Origin: Gnetum montanum
Taxonomy: Eukaryota > Plantae > Gnetophyta
NCBI GenBank assembly: GCA_015680685.1
Contig: MNCI01000651.1
Location: 1,479,832 to 1,543,831, forward strand
Length of the DNA stretch: 64,000 nucleotides
Reading direction: 5' to 3'
Both the position numbers and the translations under genes were made by a program. Positions 26,888 to 35,744 of this stretch are shown here, piece by piece (the stretch's first letter is position 1; every line of letters begins with the position of its first letter). The notes beneath the pieces were generated by a model, which did no database searches, was not told where the DNA came from, and saw nothing but the letters and a program-made list of their open reading frames with translations.

Positions 26888-28329
26888 AGAACCAAATTTG
26901 ATTTTAAAAGAAGAAGTTTCTAACCATAGTCTCTTTAGAAATCAACCAATTTGATAGGAAAAACTCATCAAGTATTTTGGTTTCATGAAGCATGTGTATC
27001 TCTTTACTTTTCATGCCTTGATTCATAATTGTGTACGTTAATATTTTTGGTTATACAAATAAATGCAAAATCTTCTTCAAATTTAATTAATTGTTTTCAA
27101 CATGATTTGGATGTGTATATTTGAATCATTGTATTCTTTAATATGTTTTCTCTTTATTTCAAATAAGAAATATTTCCTTGATAATTTCCAAATAATTAAT
27201 TAACTCATAGTGATCTTGATAATAAAGCCTTAAAAGAAGAACAAGTAGGGTTTGGATCAACTTGGTGAAATGGGAAAGAAACAATGATAAAATGACTAAC
27301 CTGAGAATTGTAAAGTGATGTATTGGCATGATATTAATGATGGGTTAAAGGGAATGTGAGGGTAGTACTCTATTTCATAGGTTCCAACTTCTACCAACCT
27401 AGAGATGCAACATAAAGCATAATTTATCATTAATCTATTATATCATTTAAACATCTGCTAACTTTTTATTCTTATCTAATGCTAAGCTTTTTATGTAGTC
27501 TTAACTAATCTCACCTAGCAACTGATAACTATTGTAGCCTTGGCAATACACAACATGAGCTTACACATTCATCATGCATAGGCAATCAGTACTCCACAAA
27601 TTCAACATACATAGACAATGGATTATCTCATTCAATGTAAATGGGTACTTCTTATATCTATAGATTTATCATGCATAGGTAATAGATGATTACCACATAA
27701 CTTCCTTAAGTCCATGGATTCATTATGCTAGACATCAAGCTAGTTATCTTACCATTCAAAACCATGATGCTTTTGGTTAACTAATGATATTGTACCTTTA
27801 TCCATATATCTTCTAAGAGGAAGATTCTTGAAGGAAGAGGAGGACATCACACCTACGTATTTTCAAAGCTTATAATCAAATGAGTATCCTAAAACTAAGC
27901 TTTTATTAATCTTGTTAATACACGTTAACCTTTATTTTCCTTTGGTTTCTTTGACTTATTAGTTTTCTTGAATGACAAGTTGTGATTTTGATTTCTTAGT
28001 TTGATTCCTTTCACATTGCTTAGATTCCCAATCTTAACTTTGATAGTATGTATCAACATTAGAATAGATCTCTAATTATGTTAATTTTTTAAATATTATC
28101 AAGTGTTATGTGCTTCCTAGGTATATTGTTATTTTATTAGTTTCTTAAGTTTTATTCTTGTTTTCTAGCATGTGCATATTTCATCTTTTCTTATCGATAT
28201 GGTCTTATTTTATTTCCAAAAGCTTATTTTATCATGAGATCTCTAATTTGATGCCATGCACTAATATCTTTGATTTCATGTCAAGAAAATCTTGGATCAA
28301 TGCTTGGTATGCTAGTCATTCATTTTAAA

Positions 28330-29121
28330 TCTTAAGCAAATTACATTGCTCAAGCATTAGTTTGATTGTCTTGGATGCTAATTTGCATCTATGCCCATTT
28401 GTAATTAACTCATAAAGTTGTATTGTTTGATCATGAATCAGTAGGGCCATCCTTAGGAAATAAAAGGGAAGTATCATTTCAGTTACAAAGAGATATAAGA
28501 AGTGAAGAAGTGTATGATGTATAACAAAGATTGTGAGATAAGCAAGAATGTAAGTAATTGATATCCAATGAAGAAGAAGAGGAAGAGGAAAAAGATTAAG
28601 TCAACAAATTATCAAACATTGTAAGGAAAGAAAAAAAAGTTACGATGATCAATCATTATAATCCATAACAAACTTCATATCTAAATAGTCAAAGATATTG
28701 TCAAACATCATTTGCCACAGAAGTGAAAGTGCAAAGTAAATAAGACTCTAAAAAGAAACAAAATCCAAGTTCCTAAAGAGAAAAAGAAGATCCAAGTTGA
28801 GCCAAGCATCATTTTGATCTAGTTTCTTAAATAAGTAGAAAAGATCAATTGGGAGGCTTCACTGAAGAAGATGCTACAAGGAAGTGTAACTAAGTTATAC
28901 ACAAAATTTATACATTAACCAATTGGTTGGGAATGACAACGGTCTCCATCAGAAGCCCAATCATCAAGTTGTAATCTGTAATTTATGACATTCATAAAGA
29001 TTCTTAAATAATAAGAATTATTAAGAAAATATTAAGTTGAGTAGTTATCAAATTAACATCCTAACAACAAGATCCTTGTGCATATTAGAGTTTTCTAATG
29101 ATGTATAACGAAAATCTAACA
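28330..29121. repeat. Copy 1 of a diverged ~0.8 kb direct repeat (copy 2 at ~45568-46351) in an old unclassified element that element B inserted into
   Basis: Shared blocks TTAAGCAA.TTACA.TGCTCAA.CATTAGTTT, AAGTAATTGATATCCAATGAAGA.GA.GAGGAAGA, ATCTAGTTTCTTAAATAAG, TATACATTAACCAATTG, TTCATAAAGATTCTT, TTAGAGTT.TCTAATGATGTA. Confidence 0.8.
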
Positions 29122-29152
29122 CAATATCAAAGCATGATTATGGTTAAGAAAG

Positions 29153-30223
29153 TGATGAGTGGCGAGGTACCCCTACACTCAACCATACGAATACGAGCAT
29201 GTACGCGCGATCCGGTCGAACTCCGCAGACTAAATGCCTTAACGCCACAAGAAACACTTGGGGTTAATCGTTCGTTGTCTTCCCAGGCTTGCTTGTAGGT
29301 GTCACGGTGTATGGTTAAGCAAGTCTGAGGTATATGATTTTTTTGGTATTTTTCAGTTTATCTCCTAAGCTATGAGGGAAAGGGTTGAGAAACTAACTAA
29401 CTCTAACTAATGTCCTAAGTCTAAATTAACTAGCGTCAGCATCCGTTCCCACTTACCGGACACACCCTGAACTATGCAACTGCAGCTTACCAAACGCTAA
29501 TCGTTACTGGGATCGCCACACGTAACGCAAGTGCTCGAAGTGGTCGTACTGAGGCACCTATTTAGCCTACGTGTGATAAGCAGCCGATTCCTTAGCCAGC
29601 CGTACACACCCGTGGGTGCTCGTAACTAAGTCGTACTTATCACACGATCTAGCCTAGCAATGAGCAGCCGATTCCTCAACTAGCCGTACACATTGGACCC
29701 TGGAGTTACCAAGCGCAGAATCCTGGAATACGCTACTGGGTTACCAAGCAGCCAATGCTCGTAATTGAGTCGTACTCATGCATTGCGTCAAGCAGCCGAT
29801 TCCTTGACTAGCCGTACACGTCCGTAGACGCTCGTAATCAAGTCGTACTTGAACGCACTAGGAAAGCAGTAAATGAAAGCAATAAATGAAACCACGTGCT
29901 GCAAGGTTTATCCAATCAAGTTCGTCTTTATTGCCGTACACAACTTGGGTTCAGGTTACAAGCTGCTCGAATAAAGAGCCGTTCACTCTAGGACTCCTAC
30001 TGCGGGCACATGGGGAAAAATTCTAACTCTGGAGTGATCAATCTGCCAGAGCTTCGCTACACTAGCCAGGATTGGGAAATGAAGGGAGTGCCGCCTCTTA
30101 TTTATAGATATGGCGGCGGGACGCGATATCGCGTACGCGATATCGCAAGAGAAGACGCGATATCGCATACGTGATATCGCATGGGACGCGATATCGCGGC
30201 CTAGTGCAAGTCGCGTCTCATCA
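29153..30223 (-). repeat. 3' LTR of element B (1071 bp)
   Basis: TGATGAG...CTCATCA termini; minus-strand TATAAATA at ~30098-30105; minus-strand AATAAA at 29927-29932. Confidence 0.95.
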
Positions 30224-30236
30224 TACCCCCATGACT
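30224..30236 (-). promoter_or_regulatory. Polypurine tract of element B
   Basis: Minus strand AGTCATGGGGGTA immediately before the 3' LTR; same motif recurs at 30816-30828 and 35761-35775. Confidence 0.75.
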
Positions 30237-31619
30237 GAATGAAAACTCGTCCTCGAGTTCCTTACAATGATATCAGGTAGGTATGGGATTATTAGGGGAA
30301 ATGGAACTAATGGGATGACATGTGAACGGTCTTTATTACAAGACTTGACAAAACTGGTGTTCATGACAACAAGGGTGAACACCTTATTACAATGACATCA
30401 GGCCACATTTGGCAGCTGAGAGAAAAGAGGAGAGAGAATAGAAGAGAAGAAGAGAGAAGAGTCTTGTTGCTGCCAATGCCTAGATTGCGCCTTCCGTTGT
30501 CCATCCGTAAGCGCATTATCCATTCTACTCCTTGCATAGCTGCTTCAGCGCTGCTCCATTCCAAGTGTTTGCTCCAGATCCATTCCGTTGTTGTATGATT
30601 GCCATCTGCACACACAACACAATCATATATTAGCAAGGGTAATTGAATCATTAAGTAAAGAATACCTTGCCTCGGTTTAGGTTCATTGGCTAGGTTGTGG
30701 TATGGCTGATATGGATCTGGGAAAATGTAGATGATGACTACCGAAGGTGTAGGGGTTAAGGAGAAAAAACGAAAAAATCCGGGGCTTAGGAGAAAAATCG
30801 AAAAATCAGGCCCCGTACCCCCATGACTAATCGCGAACCTCCGGTAGCGTTAGAATGGAGAAAGAAAAGGAGTAAGAAAGATAGGTGAAAGGGGACAACT
30901 ATGGCATTGGTGAAATGGATGTCAAGATGGAAATGAACAAAAATAAAATTAATTGCAAAAATATTAAGGAAAAGAAGTTAACTAATGTTCCAAATAGGAA
31001 TGTGTTGGCACATTTTGGCCATTTCATGGAACAGGCTTTATAAGGTTATGGTGATTTTTGAAAAATTTAAAACAGATTGTTGAGATTTTATTTCTTCACC
31101 TTGAAGTCGACCATGTTGATTAAGACAAGCTTTTGCTAATTGGTTCACATCCACAAAGGCATGGTTGAATGTCCCAAAACAAAGATGGTGCGGACATTCT
31201 AGAGTTAAATAAGGTGACAGTTGAAGATGTAAAGAAACGCCCGGGGCAGCTTGCAAAGATTCGGAGCCTACTGTTTCACAATGAATTAAAAGCTAAGCAT
31301 CTGAAAAAAAATAAAATCAAAAACATACCATCGACTTTTCAAAAGGGAATATCGAAAACCAAACCAAGGTAAGGAGACCACGCTGCGCAGTTGCAGCCAC
31401 CGAGAATTGCGAGGTCGATCCAAAGAGATGGACGCGCAGAGCAATGGTGGCGGTAGCAGTGACATCATTAGCAAGAGTAGAAACAGTAACAGCGAGGAAC
31501 GACCTAAAGGCACCCACCATGGAAAATAGCCTTGTCACCGGCGAGGAAGCGCCCGCTCAAACAGTAGATACTATTTCAGCAATGTAAGACCGCTATGAGG
31601 AATTGGACACCCAAGCTCT

Positions 31620-32175
31620 GGTCGACGACGCCACGTACAGACACTGCTGCAATTTTGTGGATTCAAACCTTTGAATGGTGGAATCGCCCAGGGACCTGAC
31701 CTATTTATGCCAAAACCCTCGTATCCGAACTTGCACCTCGACATTCCGATCCTCCTTGTTTCACATGCAAATTTGAGCAGAAATTTAGAAAGCGGATGAA
31801 CAACTGTTGCTGCTGGCCAATCTCTGACAATGTAGGAAGCCATGCCTGGCATGAACAAGGAAATACTGAACAAAAAAAAAGGGTATGATTCCATCTTCTC
31901 AAAGAGGGACGGCAAAGACAGAGGAGACACACAGTTCGATGATTTCGTAATCTACAATCCTGATCAGGCTATTCCCAGGTACGTGGTTCATTACAAGAAT
32001 CTCAAATGTGACCCTACAAACTACATCCCCACAACCATCTCTTCTTCCTCTGACAATCTCATTTGAATCAAGTACGAGAAATCTCCAATGTTCTTAGGGG
32101 ACAGCCCTGAAGAGTACCATTTCCGGTTGGCAGAGTCCCAGTTTTTCAGAATGTCAAGCAGGCAAGAGTACAAGG
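31620..32175 (+). pseudogene. Fragments of a PARP/ADP-ribosyltransferase catalytic-domain gene captured inside the solo LTR
   Basis: QLLL...SLTM*EAMPGMNKEILNKKKGYDSIFSKRDGKDRGDTQFDDFVIYNPDQAIPRYVVHY resembles the PARP C-terminal strands (GYDS...[E]FVIYNxxQxxPxYxVxY); followed by FLGDSPEEYHFRLAESQFFRM. The H-G-T and Y motifs are missing; stops present. Confidence 0.65.
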
Positions 32176-32732
32176 ATCTCCAGCAGTTCTTGAGCTTCTG
32201 CACCGTCATGTGCATCAATGACCATTCTCTGTAAGCGTTCCTGGAACGACGCTAGTGGAGCCTGCTATGCTTAACAAAAAAAATCACCTGTTTTTCCAAA
32301 CACATCATTGGATCTTCCGTGGTCACATCAGGTTTCATACAGAATGGCATCCCCAGTGTCAAAGAGAGAGAGGCATAACGCGGCAAGTTGTAACCCTAGT
32401 TTCAGCGCCTACAACACGTGAGCCCGATAGATATGATTAAATATATAAAGTTTTCTGCAGCTTGGCCAAGGGGAGATAGATGATCAAATTTTATTTATTG
32501 ACCTTTATGTTATTCCTAAATATACATATATAAAGTTATATGTATAGCTATTTTATAAAAAGAGGGATTTATGGACATTTCCAACTATAGCTTTTATTTA
32601 TATAATTGTAACTTTATGTGGAAGTTGTAACTTCCTAGCCTTAATCCATGATGTAGGCCACTTGTCAACTAAATGGGCTACTTCTCAACCACCAAGGACA
32701 CGTGTCAACTGCAACTTGTTTCTCTCCATGGT

Positions 32733-32808
32733 GAACACTTGGCAACTGAGCGAAGACACTTGGCGACTAAGTGAAGACACTTGGCAACTGAATGAAGACA
32801 CTTGGCAA
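32733..32808 (+). repeat. 21-bp tandem repeat (GAAGACACTTGGCAACTGAGT-like, ~3.5 copies) in solo-LTR U3
   Basis: gaacacttggcaactgagc gaagacacttggcgactaagt gaagacacttggcaactgaat gaagacacttggcaatt. Confidence 0.9.
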
Positions 32809-32883
32809 TTACATGGGACACATGTCAGATGCAGCATTTTTATCTCTTTTGTGGTTGAAACCACCCAAAATTGTTGTAACTTA

Positions 32884-32950
32884 CCTAACTTGTTGGGCAA
32901 GTAACCTCCTAACTTGTTGGGCAAGTAATCTCCTAATTGGTTGGCCAGGT
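32884..32950 (+). repeat. 24-bp tandem repeat (CCTAACTTGTTGGGCAAGTAAYCT, ~2.8 copies) upstream of the solo-LTR TATA box
   Basis: cctaacttgttgggcaagtaacct cctaacttgttgggcaagtaatct cctaattggttggccaggt. Confidence 0.85.
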
Positions 32951-35744
32951 TACTTGGGAGAGAAGTTAGGTGAGATATTTTTGAATATGTAACTTCCCTA
33001 CCTACCTTGGAACCCTATAAAAAGGCTTCAAGGGTCAAGGAGGAAATCATCACATATCATCATAACATTGGGTCTCATACATCACACTTGGGATCAAAGA
33101 GCATTTTGTAAAGAAGAAAGTGTGAACGATTGCTTGCAAGATGGCTTGCTAGAATAAAGATTTCAGCCTCTTTGTCATGGTCCTGTGAGTTATGCATTTC
33201 ATTTTTTGTTTTGTTTAAATTGTTTAGCTAGTGGTTTAGATAGTATCATCCTTGGCAAGTAATTTTGGGATTTTTAGATTGCTCTTATTGTTCTTGTTGC
33301 CCGATAGAAATTTCTATTAAAATTTTGCCATAGAAGCGCTTGTGTTTAAAAGCCTTAAGAGCATTTTAGTAGTAAATTTCATTATTGTGCAACGTGTGGG
33401 AACTGCTATTGGGATTGTTGTAAGAGAGCCTCTGTTTGTAGTCACGCCGTTGAACAATTCAGTAGTCGAGAGGGTTCAGAAAATCTTTGGTATTTTGATG
33501 GGACCAGAATAGCTTCTTTTTATCTTTAAAGTGAATTCTCGTGGTATTTCAATCAGAAATTGTCAAGTCTTTTAAAGGTTCTGTTTGAATGCAATCGTTG
33601 ACATCTATTATCTAGTCAAAATGGAGTCTCGTACGTGGTAGTTTACGCAGCAATTTTTGGTAGCATAATAGGATTGTCTTGAAGATATTGCTTGTTTGAG
33701 CCTTGGAAGTTTGAACAATTCGTAGATATTGAATTTGGGATAGCTTTATTGCGAAGTGTTTACTCGTGTCATTTTACCTTGTTTAAATATTTGAGGTCTA
33801 CACAAATCTGCTTTCTTTTCTTTTCTGCTTATTTCCATCGAATCTTGCTCTATTTCTAGTTTTCTTGTGGAACTATCTCTTTCTCTGGGGAAAATTAGGA
33901 GTAGATTGCGGAGTTGTGCTCAAATGTTTTTGCAAAATTTTATTTGTTACAAGTAGGTATTATAAGGACCGCGTAGACTAGGCAAGTGAACAAAATAGAA
34001 AATTTTCAAGAGCTCACAGTACTTGGCAAAGTTGGCTGAATCTCTTTAAAGTAAGTCATTTGTAGTTCACACACAATGCAATTGTTACATTTTACACAAC
34101 CACACGCCGCAACAGCACATACACATACTCACATTAACTACTGAGTTTATTTGGAGGTATATGGGCCTTGGTGTTGCCAGAGACCAGCAGGCATCTAAAT
34201 CCTGTTCGAGGACACTTGTTGGCGGTCGCGTCCCAAACGGTCCCCAACAGAATGTCAGTGGGTCCTCCCCAAAGCAGGCTCATGCCCTTAATGCCCTGAC
34301 AATCCCACATTCAAAGAGTCCATAGGCTCTGGGAATGTCCTTTGGAACAAGAGTTAAAGTCTTAACCGTAAGAATTTACCAAAAAGAAAACAATGCATCA
34401 ACCAAAATATACACTAATGATACAACCGGAATGAGGTGAACAATGGGGAGAAGGATGGAAAGAAGAGAAGTGGAATGGAATCCCAAGAACAAGGTGGTGT
34501 ACAACCCCTTATGTGGTTTATGATTAATGTGGCTTGGCGAATCTCATTCCAACTCTGGCTCAAACCAACCACATCCAGTGACTTCGCATCAATGCATTTG
34601 GTTAGACCATCCACTTGGAGAATAAGGATGCATCTTCAAAGAGCCACCACCATTCCGACGAAACAACGGAGAGAATGGGAAGCGAGAAGGGCCTTAGTTA
34701 GAGGGAACGCTTTGGTTCCATAACCAATGCTTGTAGCCCAAATTTTATTTCGTCTAAGGGGTATGCTTTGAATCCTCACTTTGGTTTTTTTTGTTTTTTT
34801 TTTTTTTGTGTTTTGTGTTTTTATGCGTGGGGACCACACCATGCAAAGACTTCTTTATTTTTATTGTCTCAGCTTCCGAAGAATGGATAGCATCGGAACA
34901 GTAAGAAAACTCAAGAAGAAAACAACCAAGCACCCAAGTGAATAACCAACACAAGAGCACCAAGTTCCCTTGAAGTCACACCCTTTGCAATCCTTGAGTC
35001 CTTCCTTAGTTTGAGAAATGCCNNNNNNNNNNNNNNNNNNNNNNNNNNNNNNNNNNNNNNNNNNNNNNNNNNNNNNNNNNNNNNNNNNNNNNNNNNNNNN
35101 NNNNNNNNNNNNNNNNNNNNNNNNNNNNNNNNNNNNNNNNNNNNNNNNNNNNNNNNNNNNNNNNNNNNNNNNNNNNNNNNNNNNNNNNNNNNNNNNNNNN
35201 NNNNNNNNNNNNNNNNNNNNNNNNNNNNNNNNNNNNNNNNNNNNNNNNNNNNNNNNNNNNNNNNNNNNNNNNNNNNNNNNNNNNNNNNNNNNNNNNNNNN
35301 NNNNNNNNNNNNNNNNNNNNNNNNNNNNNNNNNNNNNNNNNNNNNNNNNNNNNNNNNNNNNNNNNNNNNNNNNNNNNNNNNNNNNNNNNNNNNNNNNNNN
35401 NNNNNNNNNNNNNNNNNNNNNNNNNNNNNNNNNNNNNNNNNNNNNNNNNNNNNNNNNNNNNNNNNNNNNNNNNNNNNNNNNNNNNNNNNNNNNNNNNNNN
35501 NNNNNNNNNNNNNNNNNNNNNNNNNNNNNNNNNNNNNNNNNNNNNNNNNNNNNNNNNNNNNNNNNNNNNNNNNNNNNNNNNNNNNNNNNNNNNNNNNNNN
35601 NNNNNNNNNNNNNNNNNNNNNNNNNNNNNNNNNNNNNNNNNNNNNNNNNNNNNNNNNNNNNNNNNNNNNNNNNNNNNNNNNNNNNNNNNNNNNNNNNNNN
35701 NNNNNNNNNNNNNNNNNNNAAAAAGAACTGAGGGCCCCATATGG

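Larger units (their letters stand above)
31003..34249 (+). mobile_element. Nested 3247-bp solo LTR (or LTR-like non-autonomous unit) of a different family
   Basis: Termini TGTTGG...CCAACA; exact 5-bp TSD GAATG at 30998-31002 and 34250-34254; TATAAAAA at 33016-33023 and AATAAA at 33153-33158; no internal LTR pair; absent from the equivalent position of element A. Confidence 0.85.

Noticed and set aside
29570-29860. Repeat-spacer look of the LTR modules suggesting a CRISPR-like array or known ribozyme
   Set aside because: Eukaryotic LTR context, no cas genes, variable parts are self-complementary stems; no CUGANGA/GAAA hammerhead core or hairpin/twister consensus found by eye.
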